64,000 nucleotides of DNA from Tubulanus polymorphus (Eukaryota > Animalia > Nemertea). The notes under the pieces are model-generated. The model was not told where the DNA came from. It made no database searches and worked only from the letters and a program-made list of their open reading frames with translations. Below are positions 40,549 to 56,858 of the stretch, piece by piece. Position 1 is the stretch's first letter. Each line of letters begins with the position of its first letter. The position numbers and the translations under genes were made by a program. The stretch covers positions 10,106,001 to 10,170,000 of the forward strand of contig NC_134031.1 in NCBI RefSeq assembly GCF_964204645.1, in the 5' to 3' direction.

Positions 40549-43500
40549 GCTCATAAAGCTGTCTGCTCAGAGAAAATTTGCTGTCTGCAGTCTGTTCTCA
40601 GCACAATTGTCAAGAACCCATGGCAAAGGCCAATGGCCATGCGGTCCATTGGGTACATAACTTTAAGGCCAACTGCTAGCAGTACCCTGAGGGCCTATAG
40701 CTAGCGTTACGATTGACCAAGTGGAACAGGAAAACCATATCCACCAGCGGAAGAACGACAGTTATGCAAGTTTATTTATGGACATTTTAGACTTGACAAT
40801 TTTGATCCCATGAGGCAATGACATAAAACAACTAAAACTTGAACATTAACTACTCAGGACAAACAAAATCAGAAGATGCTATATAAGTTTTTCAAATTTC
40901 AGGGCAGTACATATTAAACCAGGACGGCCGGTTACTGTTGAAATCAAGTTCAGCAACTGAGTGAATGTGGCTTTCAATAGTTTCATTCATGATAGCTTTT
41001 AATAGTAAAGCAATTAAGGCCCAAGCTTAAAACGTTTTTATATGTGACACCATGTCTTTGCAAGACCATTCGACAATTAAAATGTGGGTCTGTTAATGCA
41101 CGTCTGTGTGCACGCGTTAAAAACACTTATCTTCTCCTTGGGTAGCGTTATCTAGTACTACATGTAAGTGATACATAAATGGTTAACGGTTAACGCGTTA
41201 TTGCTGACAATGCAATCGACTCGCGTTGTGCACTAAGTATAAAAAATATCAAAATCATCAGTGTTGCAAACTAAATACAAGATAGCCGGGCTCCAACGAT
41301 TCCTTATGTAAGGGCATAAAAATGACAGGTTCAATTGATGACACTTAATGCCATCTTTTATTAGTTAAGACTAGTTCTCAGCGTTGATCAAAATACGGAT
41401 CTTGGGTGTGTGGTGTTATCACTGCGGAAAATAGTGGATGCAGGCTACCAACCGTGGTTCGCTGATACTATTTCGGTGTTTAAATGATGTTTTTTTTTCA
41501 AACAAAATAAACTTTATTCATCAAAATGCCTTGTTTGTTTTGTGGAATATGTAGTTAAACTTTGACTTTGTCATCAATATTTCTTGCGACTGTGAATGAA
41601 GCTCCCGTACTCAGTAAATTCGAGTGATATATTCGGGGCGGAAATCTCAGCTGGCAAATTAATTTACGATGGTTTTTACGTTTAGAGTAGCGACCGTCTG
41701 AAACTGCAATGAATGATCTAGCCTTATCCGAATTTCAAAAGTCATCACTGCGTAGTGTCCGCAGCACTCCCCAGTCTCTCGGCAATAGCGCTGAATATCG
41801 CGCATGAGGCGTTAGACTAGATCGGCGCGCGCGTGCTGTATGAGGGTATCATATCTCCATGTACAAGCATGTTCTGTGTTACACACACAGTGATCGTATT
41901 GAGCGTCACCGTAGCAACGCGCTACAGCAGCTTGAACTAACGAGTAACGTTGATTATTCTATAACCAAGTTTGAGCACTTATAAACATCAGAATCAAATA
42001 TAAACCAAGCTGCACCATCTACACCAAGTACAGAATATATGTGCCAATTTACAGAAAAATCGGTCCACACAAACAGCTTAAATCGTGTCATAAAGAAACA
42101 TCCACAGACAGACAGACATGACGACGATGCCATAGATGAACAACGAAACCAATCAATAATTGTGATTGATCATTCCAAGTCAGAACCAGTTAATCACTAA
42201 TTAACAGGCATTTTAATAAATCTGATACCTCCTTTACAGTGAACTTAGCTTTAACCTCGTAGAGGCTATTAGCCTATGTAGGACTATGTTTATATGTAGG
42301 CCTAAAATCCGGACGGATTGGTCATAGGCCTATTGAATTTCTACCCTCCTACACATCGTATACACCTTATACAACAGAGATAGGTCTCTGGGGAATAAAA
42401 TTCGTAAAACTGATACACGCATCGCAAGTGTGGGCGCAAGGCGGTTGCGACACGATTTTCAGCGACTGTGTGCGACTAGTTTCTGCCAGTCGCAAGAGCG
42501 CGTAGGTCGCTTGCAACGGTCATGTCGCGTCGCAGTAAGTAGAACATGTGAGACTCCTTGTGACTGGCATCGCTGAGTTGCAACCTGTTGCTGGCAGTCG
42601 CAAGGGAGCGTAGGTCGATGAGTCGTTGCAACGCAATCGTCACTGGCGGTCGCAGTGAACGGCGTCGCAGTGAAATGAAATACCAGTTTCATTAATGATG
42701 AAAAAACTCAAATGAAAATTCTGTCTGCTAATAAACGCAACAATTATACTGTGTTTGTTTGAGAAAGTAAAGCTCAGTACCGGTAGGCCTAAAGCCTAAA
42801 GGTCCCGTACAACTCGCTAAACACTCCAAATGACACAGCGAACGATCTCCTTTTCCCCACGGCGAATGCTTACTACGAATGTCAAGGGCTTTCCTCAATT
42901 TACGTGATGGTGTATGTTTTATCCAGGGAGAAACACACTAGACGTATCGGCCCCATTCCGCGCAGTTGGCGATGTCAATAAATGATAATGCTGCAGTGAA
43001 GCCAGAAACTTTGTTACCAATTAACATGTTTGATGCGAGCCACAAATATATTTGTAATTCTGGGTTCTGTCACAGTGCCAGCTATGAATATATTCGTAGA
43101 AATTCTTCCTTTTTACACTTAGATAGTGCACTCCGGCACACAGGAATGCCACAGTTCCTGATTAGCTGGGAATATGACCTAACGGTTTCATACTCTATGC
43201 TCATTGGTCAATTTCGAACAAAGGCTGATGTAACATCTCCAGTGCCATTATCAATCCGGCAGCGAACATGTTAACAATTTTCAATGAAATTGAAAAGAAC
43301 ACAGGAGCCCCAAGGGGCACTATGGCCAGCCTGTCAGCGCAGACAGCAATTGGAGCTGGCAGGAAGAAATACCTCTGATATATTTTTCCCCTGGTCTTAT
43401 TGATTTGAATGCAGAATAGAATTGAATTTTCTAAAATTTGCTCAATAAAACATAATTGAATTGGATTTGCTGTTTAACCTTGTTTGATAACCTAAATTTG

Positions 43501-43755
43501 AATTGGATTTGATATTTTTTGGGTAGTCATTCAATTTTAATTCATCATGAAAATGAACTATTTATACAACACCATTCGATCCATTTTACCAGCATTGGTA
43601 AGCGTCATAGATGTCAACCAACGCTACACAAATCTCAGGCCCTAAATTTTGCCCACTAGCACTTTTTCCATGGTGGACTAGCCTTACCACAGGAAGTCAT
43701 AACATAGGGAGGTTATGCAGAAATTCATTTAATACATACACTTTGCCAAAAATTA

Positions 43756-44160
<405 letters not shown>

Positions 44161-44651
44161 TCATCAGTCCCCTCCCCCAAAACCAATATCGAAACTTATC
44201 TATAGCATCTCATATCCCTGGTGCCTGAGCCTTTGCCCAGTAAAACTACTTATCAGCCTGAGCATTTCTATTATCATGAATTACAATGACGGCCTATAAT
44301 GAAATTGCTATTTCTATTCTAATGTTGTTGCCACAGTAGTTGATAAAGGTCCAATGGCCCCTGTGGCTCAACATCAAATCATTTAGTGCATATTATGAAA
44401 AATATTTTTCTTCATATAAACTAATTTGGATTGCCATATAATACCCTGTAGAATAGTTTACCAAATTAAAACTATCAACTGACGATGCTGAAAAAACTAT
44501 TCAACAAATGGTGTTTTTTAATTCTAAATCTGATCAGTTCATTAATTTCTAGCCCCATATTACAATTTAAGATTCACTTAATTATTTGCAATTTCAGTAC
44601 TCTATCACCCTTGAATTAAATCAAAAATAGATCTTAGGAAGAGAGTTCAAG

Positions 44652-45205
44652 TATCCGAATCACCATAGAAGCGATAACACTAAAAACCTCATTTTCTAAT
44701 GAGTAAAGACAGTTTATTGACACGAACGTTTTCGGGATCATATCCCCTCATCAGGTGAAATACAAGTGACTCAAATGATTAAACTACAGGTTTATATACA
44801 ACATAAGTTACAAAATTACAAGTGCTAAATTCTAAGCTAATTACAAACCAAGTATTTAATTACAAGCTAATTATTTGAATACATTTAGGATAAAGGATGA
44901 GCCGTTTTGAAATAATTGTTGATTTAAAGAGGGTCGTTGCGCTTTAATAAACAGGGCCTCCCTAATTTTACAGTCGAGATCAGATGAACCTTTGTCTAGA
45001 ATTTTGAATTTGTTGTCACTGAATTCCTGATCACAAATGTGACAAATTGCGAGATGTTGTCCAATCGCAAAGGTCTTTGATCTGTGTTCTTAAATTCTGA
45101 TGGCCAAATGTCGGGCGACGTTGGAAAACGTTCGTGTCAATAAACTGTCTTTACTCATTAGAAAATGAGGTTTTTAGTGTTATCGCTTCTATGGTTATTC
45201 GGATA
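44652..45205 (-). mobile_element. 5'-truncated Penelope-like element with inverted pseudo-LTR
   Basis: Inverted arms of about 82 bp (44652-44733 and 45124-45205) flank the GIY-YIG endonuclease C-terminus RHLAIRI*EH..AIGQHL..FKILDK..KIREALFIKAQRPSLNQQ. Confidence 0.88.
44721..44757 (-). ncRNA. Minimal type I hammerhead ribozyme (Penelope pLTR)
   Basis: CAC CUGAUGA G GGGAU-AUG-AUCCC GAA AACGUU C GUG: intact core, stem II, palindromic stem III and a 3-bp stem I. Confidence 0.75.
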
Positions 45206-46953
45206 AATCAAAATTCGCGCATCGCACACGTTTCCCAATCTCATCTGTGCTAATATATAACATTATGCATGTGATAACTATAGCCATGATCACATGGAGA
45301 AGATTTGGCCCAGGCCAAATTGGCACGGATCAGGCTTGAGCCAAATTTGGCTTGTACCTAATCAAAAGCGCGCTCACATGCGAATCACTCACTTGATAGT
45401 AAACAATGCTAAAAAAAGCCAAGTGGGTCATCTCCAGTAATAGTTGCAATTCAAACGCAATCATTTGTCCCACAATCATTTGCCAAAATTTGGCATGGGC
45501 TTGGACCAACATTTTTAGCCACAGCCAAAAACAGCCAAAAACGCCAGTTCGTATCATTAGGTTCTTCATGCTTATAATATCCTCTAAATCCGCAAAATCA
45601 TCGCCTATAATCATCATGACCTAACTCCTCTCAAACGTCTGTCGAAAGCCACCATTGTAAATCACACTAATTACAGCCAAGAACCGATGCAGAAGGGCGT
45701 GTTAAAAATATTTTCTCTTTCAATTCAATTTTTTTTTTTCATTACGACAAAATAAATAAAGCAGATTCATGAACTGATACTTAAATAAATTATCTTACAT
45801 CAGGTCATTGCATAAAGATTCCATATTGCAAGCATTTTTATTGATATTTTAACAGCTGAGTGTGCTATAGTAAGTCGCTTGAGACGAACAGTGTGTAGGT
45901 CAGCTGATCAATGTACTGCATTGCACTGCCTGCGGGAAGCGCAGCCACGTGTGTCAGTTCAAACTAGTGGTGTGGATGAACGAAACGCTTAGCGCGTCAA
46001 TTTGCACAACTTTCGATGATGTTTTTTAATCGACGAAGTCACGTGTTATGATAACCCTGATATGAAAAGTTTTTCATCAAAATTAATTCATTGTTTCTAA
46101 TTTTTTACTTGTCGGATAAAAATTTCAATTTATTTTTACTGAACTTTCCATACAAATTTTTGGGTCAGCACCTTTTTGATCAGGTCGGCCGGGGGACCGG
46201 AAACGAAGACTTTTTTATTTCATGCCTTATGGGAAAATAAAGTTAGTCTTATGAAGCTGATACAGTAAAGACATGTTCTCCCGGTTTACTCTCTTCTACT
46301 CTTGCCGACCAGGTCCTCATAAGTGGCAGCGCAGCCCACAATGTACGTTCTCTATTGATCGCTTTAGCAGGGATTGCCAGTAGTACAATAGCGACATAGC
46401 TGGGCACCTGTGGGTAGACACGTGAGCTCCCACCTCTCAACAGGTGTTGAAAGACAGATTACAGAACAGAACTGACTGTTGATTAGAAGGATAACGGACA
46501 GCATTCCATCGCACCCTTTATTGTCTGTGGAAACGTGTACTCATGAGGTCCACCAGTGATATGCCTCTTCCTGTCTCACCTCTTGGGTACCTTTTAAAAC
46601 TATGGGTGTGCGTGTGTATGCGCTGTAGCACTCGCGCGCGCTGATAAGGCCATGTGTAAGTGAATGTGTAAGTGAATGTTCGCTTAGATTTTAATGGTCA
46701 ACCAGAAAAACACCGGGTATTAAAGGGAACAATTATTGACTGCGGATGTATATATATGAAATAGTTATATTCTTGCAAGCCAAGCCTTTGGAATTCACAT
46801 GAATACAGTACCTAATCCGATGAAACATTCTGCATTTTATGGCTTTCCCATAATCATTTTAGTTCCCAGACTTTCTGGAATATCCCAAAAACAGTCAATC
46901 ACATTTGCCCGTAGAGACGATGCCCCTTATCAAAGGTAATTGCAATTTCATAT

Positions 46954-47956
46954 CAGAGTTCTCCACGGGTCAAATTTATAGCAGGGGGCTGTAAGAAATA
47001 TCAACCTTATTCTGCAACGACAATGCGAGCACCGAAGGTGCGTAGTCATTGCGGGGGGTTCGGGGAACATTTTTTAATTTAACGCCCCCTCAGAGTGTCT
47101 GACACATAAAACCACACTGGAATTTGTGAAAAGTCACATATGGTTTTAATGCTGGATGCCAAATATCACAATATATCTATCGATGAAAACTGGGCGAGTG
47201 GCTCAGTTACTATGATGGTTGTCTATTTCTAGAGAAACTGACGACGACCTACGCACTGGAGAGAATGAACACTTTCATGCAATTTTTTTAGAAAATAAAG
47301 CGAGTCTAATTTGATGTGTAAAATTTATTTTGATGAAATCAAATAGGACTTACTTTACAAGCAACAGCGCCGAGGCAGCGCGGCGTGTAGTGAGAAGAAC
47401 ATGCCTCAACACGTGGCCCAGTTTTAGTTATCCAGGAAACCAGGTACTTGGCAATTGGCCAGGGATATTACATTATCACACTCACGCTGAGGCTGACTAT
47501 CATCGCTATATATCACTTAATTGATGTGTTAACACTACTGGTTAATCTCAGCTCAAAGAAAATCCTACTAGATATATATGACACAATATCAATGATGCAG
47601 TTAACAAAAATGTATATAAACTTCCTTTGTACATACATTTATTGGTATATAAACCTCCTTTGTACACACATTTATTGATCCACAGACGCTAAACAAACTT
47701 TATTGATCAAAGATACGTGCCAATTGCAGCGCGCTTAGATGTTGGCTACGTTCCAACAACCACAACATTTTACGCATCCGATTTCACTATTTTGTAGGCA
47801 CATCGTGATTTAGCTTCCCGTAAATTACGCATACGACAACGAAAAAAATTTAAGCAAGGCGGTAAAAATATAAGGCCGGCGCCGAGTTTTAAGCATGGCA
47901 GCATATAATTTTAGCAGGGCAGCCCGCTCTGCTAAAACAGCCCGTGGAGGACACTG
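46954..47956. mobile_element. hAT5-like MITE inserted in a family B repeat
   Basis: catat|CAGAGTTCTCCACGGG ... CCCGTGGAGGACACTG|catat (TIR 14/16, 5-bp TSD). Confidence 0.82.
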
Positions 47957-48562
47957 CATATGCAGGAGCAAAAAAATTTCCGACAAAACACAGTTTTTGG
48001 GAGAATTTTAAGGAAGTCGACCATGTCATTGACTGAGGTTTCGCATGTCTTCAATCGCATCAATTATATGCTGTTTAGGCCGAGAACCAATAAAACATAT
48101 ACTCACTTGAAAAAACGTACTGCGATTTTACATAAGTGGCTCAATGCCAACTCCAATATCGCTAACAAAGGTAAACCAAACAATCGCTATCAAGAATTGC
48201 AGCCTGTATCGCACTAATGGAGGTGTCAGTGGAAAGCGGACGCCGCACAGCAGACAGAGTGAAATATAATGTCCCCCAAACCGGGAAGACATAATAAATG
48301 GGTGTTAAATAAATGGCGGTCATTGCATAACCATGCTTATTTATCACGGTTATCGAATTTTTGTCAAAACATAGGCCTATAGGCCTAATGAAACATTAGT
48401 TAATGATGGTAACACATGTTTGAAAATAAATTTGATTCAACAGTCTTGAGAGCTTAGCAAGTTTTCACTAATAGCATTTGATTCAAGTGCAAAGCCATGA
48501 AAATTGACAGCTCCAGTTGGCACCGAAGCTGCGACTAAAAACCAAGTGAAAGATATGCATAC

Positions 48563-48661
48563 CTCGAAGCAATTGCTCCTGTTTTTTCACAAGTAGTTGC
48601 AATTTCTTAGTACTTTTGTCAACATCCTTTTTTAGCTGGGCATTATTCTTATCTGCAGCAG
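48563..48661 (-). CDS. KIFAP3: KIFAP3 exon 6
   Basis: AAADKNNAQLKKDVDKSTKKLQLLVKKQEQLLR, matching the KIFAP3 segment ending VKQEQLLRV; AC acceptor, gtatgc donor; 99 nt. Confidence 0.92.
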
Positions 48662-49189
<528 letters not shown>

Positions 49190-50776
49190 TTAATGCATGT
49201 ATCACCAAAACCAGGAAAGTCATCTTATCATTTGATCATTCGAATTCGATACCTGCAACGCAAAGTGGCCATTTATTGCAATCTGGGAACCTGGAGTCCT
49301 GGAGACAATATGCCCATAGTACGGTTAGTTGTTGCACTTTAAGGAAAAGAATATTACTTTACAGGGCACAAAATAAGGAAAAAGGTCACTTGCCTGAGGG
49401 GCAACTAGCATTAAAAGTGAGGCTGCAAAAATGTTTGTTTCTGTTACCTATCAATACATCGCCAATTCAGTGTAAGCTTTTAAGTATAGCAGTATATACA
49501 GTCATAATGAAACATGAAAATAGCTCGTCCAATTTTTTACCTATCATAGCAAAACATCAAATTTACCCATCAACTTTGTAAAATGCTCCTCATAAAAATA
49601 TTTGGTGTGTAAACCAAAAACCAACTCGCTACAACTGTCAAAACTAAATCTTCATTAGACGCCTTAAAATGTATGAAATATTAGTATAGGCCTATATCAA
49701 AATTAATATTTCACATTTTCCATGTCAAACACTATTGTAGATATACTATCAAAATTCAACTTTATACTATACGAGGCGATTTTGTCTTGAGTGCAGAAGC
49801 TCAATTTGTGATCCATTATTATTCCCTTTTTATTATTCATTTTCTTCTGTGGCAATTCATATCATAGCCAAAGTGCAATACTACACACTTATCTGGGTAG
49901 AAAAACTTTTGCCATTTTTTAGCCCAGCCACATGGTTTGTTGAGGTGAGTCAAGAAGATACACAATATCCATAGGATGAATCTCTGAGAGAAATCCCACA
50001 ATAAATTCAGCCAGAAGATGGAAAGTTCTGTCGGGGTCATACATGTATGCATATATGTCATCGTGGAGTCAAACATGTAGTAACTTTAGTAAGATTTTTC
50101 AGTGTGAATCAAGCCATTCATTCATTGAGCATGTCTCTACAGCTTCTTTAAGAAAATCCCTGCGCCTACAGAGCCAAGATCCAGTGAAAATGAAGGATCT
50201 AATACCCAAAGTATAGAATCATTTACTTCTACAGAAAGTGGTGCAACGACACAAGAACTTGATACACTAACAATTCTGTGAATCAATTTTTTGGCCAGTC
50301 CAAACATCGACTCAGTTTTGAATAGTACGGAATATACAATCATTCGAAGGCTGAAATACACGTCAAGATATCGCTCTCACTGAAACGCAATAATTTGTGT
50401 GGGAATGCTACTCTAGAAGCGCCCAGAAGAAAATATACCAAAATTTTCTGGGGGAGGACCTTCAGAACCCCATCGGAATTTCGCGCCTGCGGCGCGATTA
50501 TTGAACGGCTTAGCCGTCAAAATATTCATGTGGTCTTGTTTGAGGTTGCCACCTTAGCTCGAGCCATATCTCTTCAGATATGATTTCTCCTATGAAAACT
50601 ACAGTGCATGTCATCAGTACACATTTTCCTGCTGCCATTTTTTCACAGAAGATTAAAATGTCTCAATTTTATCCGAACATACTGCCCATTCTATCAACTC
50701 TGGCAATGCTCCAGATAATATATCTTGATAAAATTGATTCAAAAAATGTACAACACTGATTGCAGTAAAAAAGTTA

Positions 50777-51019
<243 letters not shown>

Positions 51020-52076
51020 TTAACTTAATAACTAGGATACAGTGGCATATGAAATATGTCTCTCCGCCCAGGGTAGGCAACCATTGAAGGGATGCTAACA
51101 AAATTTCTCCCCTGGTGGCCATATGTGATGGCCAATAATCTCCATTTCCAAAAGGGGTGGATATCTCACCTGTCCCAATCCTCACACTGAAATTCATGAA
51201 AATCAATAAAGAATTGAAAGCTGTAACTTACTAACGAGAAATTCAACATGGCCACCCTAGTGGCCATGTTTGATGACCCATGACTTCAATTTTAGTTAGG
51301 GGTGAACAGCTTATCCTTAGATCATGTTTCATGGAAATCCTTTGAGAATCATACTCTGTATTCCATTCATGTCCAGAAATTACACAGAACAGAAAGTCAG
51401 TAACTTCCGGATGATTTTCCCGAATATTCATTTCTGAAATTTTTTCGGGAAAATATCTGGCTGGGGCGAGACCGAATTCCGGCATATTTCTGGAATCATG
51501 CCGGAAAATTCCGGCATATTTTATTGACACTTAGTTCTCATGTGTTAGGGTTTTGACCTCTGTTTACCCCCGACCCATCCTCAGATATATGCCAAAATTT
51601 TCTGTCATTTGTAATTTCTGGACTTAACTGATTCCAAAAACAATTATAATTCAAGATGCCTGCCCCAATCATCACAACCAAGTTTCATGGAAATTCATCA
51701 AAAATTGTAGGCTGCTATTTTAGAGTTCCATAATCAGGTATCATTTATCTGTGTCGGATCAACAGTGATCGGTAGTGTGGCTCCCAAATGGCCATACTTG
51801 ATGGTCAATGACCTCCAAGTCCGTCAAGAATTGTAGGCTGTATTGAGAAAACAGTAGATTCAAGATGGCCAACCTGCCAGCCATATCTAATGGTTGATAA
51901 CCTCTTTATTCAATAGGGGTGGACATCTTGCCTGTCCCAATCCTCACACCAGAGTTTCATGGAAATCCATCAAGAATTATATGTATTATAGTAGATTCGT
52001 GGTAGTGTTAACAGGGTTTAGAATAAATAACGAGATGAGTAGTACTATATAACTATAGTTAACTATTTATTTGACG

Positions 52077-52117
52077 CATGAGCTTTCACTACTAATGTAT
52101 AGTAGCTTCATCTGATG
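52077..52117 (-). ncRNA. Degenerate hammerhead ribozyme motif
   Basis: CAU CAGAUGA A GCUACUA-UACAU-UAGUAGU GAAA GCU C AUG; the core CUGA is changed to CAGA. Confidence 0.5.
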
Positions 52118-52132
52118 AATGTTTAAGTCAAT

Positions 52133-53308
<1,176 letters not shown>

Positions 53309-53878
53309 CTAACTAGAATATGAATGAAAGTATAACAACAGGGAACAGGAACAGTTTATTGGTATACGTCTAAAATACCTCCAACCAAATCCCACACTCA
53401 GAATCCCTCCACCCATAAAACCCTCATGCTCCCTCAGATTTTCCAGTACCTGTCAGCTATTTTTATTTGAATGTATGAGATGTATTCACATAAGTACAGT
53501 GAAGCAGAGATAGTCACCCTATCATTCTATGACAAGCAACTTAAGGGAGCATCTCAAAATTTCAATAGTTGTTTCAATTAGAATAACTTGCTGTTAAGAG
53601 GGTGGGGCTTCAAACTGGTTTGACCACAGTTTCCATAATCAATGGACAGTTAAGGACCACGTGATTGGGTGATTTACACTCGCAGGCGATGATCATGGCG
53701 ATCACTAGCCCATTGAGGACAGTTACAGCATTTATGAACACTACTCACGCAGAGCTGACATAAAGTCCTGCAGTATAAACGTATATCAAAATTCCTGATT
53801 TGGAATTAGGCATGATCTCCTTGATGTTATAAAACTTCAAATATCTCGTTCCAGTGAAAATAGAGGTTCCCTTTATCA

Positions 53879-54142
<264 letters not shown>

Positions 54143-54320
54143 CTATTATTATCACATGGGTTCACACCCAATAATAACAGAGTGAGATATGGCTTAATCA
54201 AGTAGGCCTAACAACATATACATTAACAACATTTACATTTACACGTCGACATTCACAACCTTTACAAAGAGTGCTCATTCATAATTTGTGATATAGTCCT
54301 CTGCACTTGACATCGTAAAT

Positions 54321-55893
54321 AACTAGAGGTCCAGGGACGCAATGCCCACTTGGGTAATGGTTTCAAATGCTCAACAATCTAACAATTACAATATTCAACG
54401 CCCCCTGGTGACCATATACAAAAGCCAATGACCTTGAAACTCACCACAATCATAGAAGATGTCGGCAGCTACGATTTTGTTATGGATTGTGATAACAAAA
54501 TATGCTTCATTACCAATATAATATGGAAATACTAAGTTATTCGACTATACAATGCCCCCTGGTGACCATATGCAAAACCCAATGACCTTGAAACTCACCA
54601 CAATCAAAGAACATGTCATGTAGGCCTACTACAAGTTTGCAATTGATCATGGTAACAAAATATGCCTAGGTACTGATCTAATAAGGAAACACTAAGTTAT
54701 TCTACTATTCAACGCCCCCTGGTGACCATATAGAATAACTAATGTCCTTAAAACTCTCCACAATCATAGACGATGTCATGAGCTACTACTTTGCAATTGA
54801 TTGTGGTAACAAAAGATGCATAGGTACAAATATAATACAGAAATACTAAGTTATTGTATTATTCAATGCCCCCTGGTGGCCATATACAAAAACCAATGAC
54901 CTTCAAACTCGCCAAAATCATAGAACATGCTATGAGCTACAACTTTCCAATTGATTGTGGTAACAAAATATGTTTAAGTATCAATATAACGTGGTAAAAC
55001 TTTGTTCCCACGAATGAGTACTGAAGATGGCTGCCAAATTGCGTCTTAGGCCTAATTGTGCGGTCATCCTTATTCCCGAGATGATGTATTTTACGGAGAT
55101 GAACCGAGCGAGATGAAATTAAATATAACATATTTATTTATTCCATATCGATTTTAACCATTGAAATCATATTATATCAATAATAAATGCCTGCTGGAAT
55201 CATATTTTACATATTTTGTCGGATATTTTTGTAGAAAAATAACTTTTAACTTTACCGAGAGGAGATCGTCGATCAATCAAATTCAATGAAATTTTATTCC
55301 TAACCGAGTTTACGTATTTGAAGTCAAATTTTTTTAAATAAAAAAATATGTAAAATATGACTCTAGAAGGTATTTATTACTGATATAACATGATTTCAAG
55401 TGTTAAATCGATAAGGAATAAATAAATATGTTATATTTAATTTCATCTCGGTTGATCTATCTCGGTTCATCTCGGTAAAAATTTCACTTCCTGTCTGACT
55501 ATTTAATTGAAAATGAATTAGAGTGTGTTGCGCAATCGCATGACAAAAACACCCCAAGGCAAATTTCCGCCCTTCAATTGTTTATAACTTTTGAACCGCT
55601 TGACCGATTTTGATTCTGTAAATTGCTGTATGCTTATATTACCCCCTTCTTTGTTTTAAGCTATTAAAAAGGCACAACAGACACATTTAAATTTCCAACC
55701 TGAAATCCCTAGTAAAATACGTCATCTTGGTAATAAGGTTGACCCCTAATTGTCTGATCAAAAACACCTGTCTCAAGATCCCTTTCAAAGAATACCCATC
55801 ACAAATTACAATCAGAAATGGCAAACCAGTAGGAAGCTACAGGACTCAGAATTCGGGCCAGAAGGGAATTGACATTTTTGGCCATTAAAAAGG
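54321..55893 (-). mobile_element. Helentron-type family 1 copy, 4 units, with nested insertions
   Basis: aactagaggtccagggacgcaatgcccacttggg end; interrupted at 55060-55746; truncated about 40 bp from the exon 1 donor. Confidence 0.8.
55060..55746. mobile_element. TIR element with 7-bp TSD containing a nested foldback MITE (55094-55475, TA flanks)
   Basis: taattgt|GCGGTCATCCTTATTCCCGAGATGATGTATTTTAC ... GTAAAATACGTCATCTTGGTAATAAGGTTGACCCC|taattgt; inner inverted arms of about 130 bp. Confidence 0.75.
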
Positions 55894-55932
55894 TATGTGA
55901 GATTAACGACTGCCCAACGCAAAATCGATTAC

Positions 55933-55964
55933 CTTTTGAGGTATCTAGCATCCTCCGCTTGCAT
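55933..55964 (-). CDS. KIFAP3: KIFAP3 coding exon 1 (MQAEDARYLK)
   Basis: Minus strand reads ATG CAA GCG GAG GAT GCT AGA TAC CTC AAA AG|gtaatc, matching the KIFAP3 N-terminus MQGEDARYLKR. Phase 2 fits exon 2. Confidence 0.93.
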
Positions 55965-56412
55965 CACTAGTGTTTTAGGTAGCGAACGCGACTAGGTCTA
56001 ATAGCCAAAAGGTAGGGGTCACGTCAAACTCACAAAATCCAAATATGTGACAGACGTAAAAATTCGCAATTTTGTTGATGTTTGCCGAGTCATATCAAAC
56101 TGCAGAGTGCGCACGGGGCCGTGCGCAGGAGGCCGCGCGCAGGGGGCCGCTTTAATAAAGTGAAAACCACACGATATTATTTACGAAACGGCAATACATA
56201 TACATAGTAGTATGCGATATGAAACTACTCCTACTTCTACCAATTAATCAAATGCATAACCACCATCAACCAGTTTATGATTTTACGTACACTAAGAACA
56301 GTATACAGAGTATATATTATTTATCAAAATACTCCGCCGAATCTACGAATTTTTATCTATCTGCTGCTGCTGCTGGAGAGGCGCGCAGGGGGCCGCGTGA
56401 ATTTTTATCTAT

Positions 56413-56440
56413 CTGCTGCTGCTGCTGCTGCTGCTGCTGC
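56413..56440. repeat. (CTG)9 microsatellite
   Basis: Seen directly in the sequence. Confidence 0.9.
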
Positions 56441-56858
56441 TACATGGAGCATAAAATATAAAACTGCGTTATTGACTCCAAGGGTTTTTCAAAAAGCTTG
56501 TTTCTAATAGATTACTTTGCATTTCTGTTAAACCTACTTGATACGGTACATAATTTACTTTTTGATCTACTGTTTCATTGTTAAGTTGTTGATTAATTGC
56601 CCCGCTATATTTCTATTTGATTCTTAACTATTGTATAATTACGCCCTAGTTTGCTCTCATCATTAAGATTTGTTAAGTTTGTAACTGTCTTCATGCTGTA
56701 TATTAGTGTGCATCACATCTTAATCACAGCTTAATTAATCTCTTTGTTTTATACTGTGTAACAGTGTATTAACCCTAGTTTGTACCCCTAATTCCATGTG
56801 ACGTTAGTTTCTTAGATAAAGAATTGCGAAGTTTCAGTACGATGATAGAAAATGACAT

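Noticed and set aside
55970-56000. RFX X-box expected for a ciliary gene
   Set aside because: GTTTTAGGTAGCGAAC is a poor match to the consensus.
56219-56507. Poly-Cys and poly-Ala ORFs
   Set aside because: Produced by the (CTG)n microsatellite inside a repeat element.
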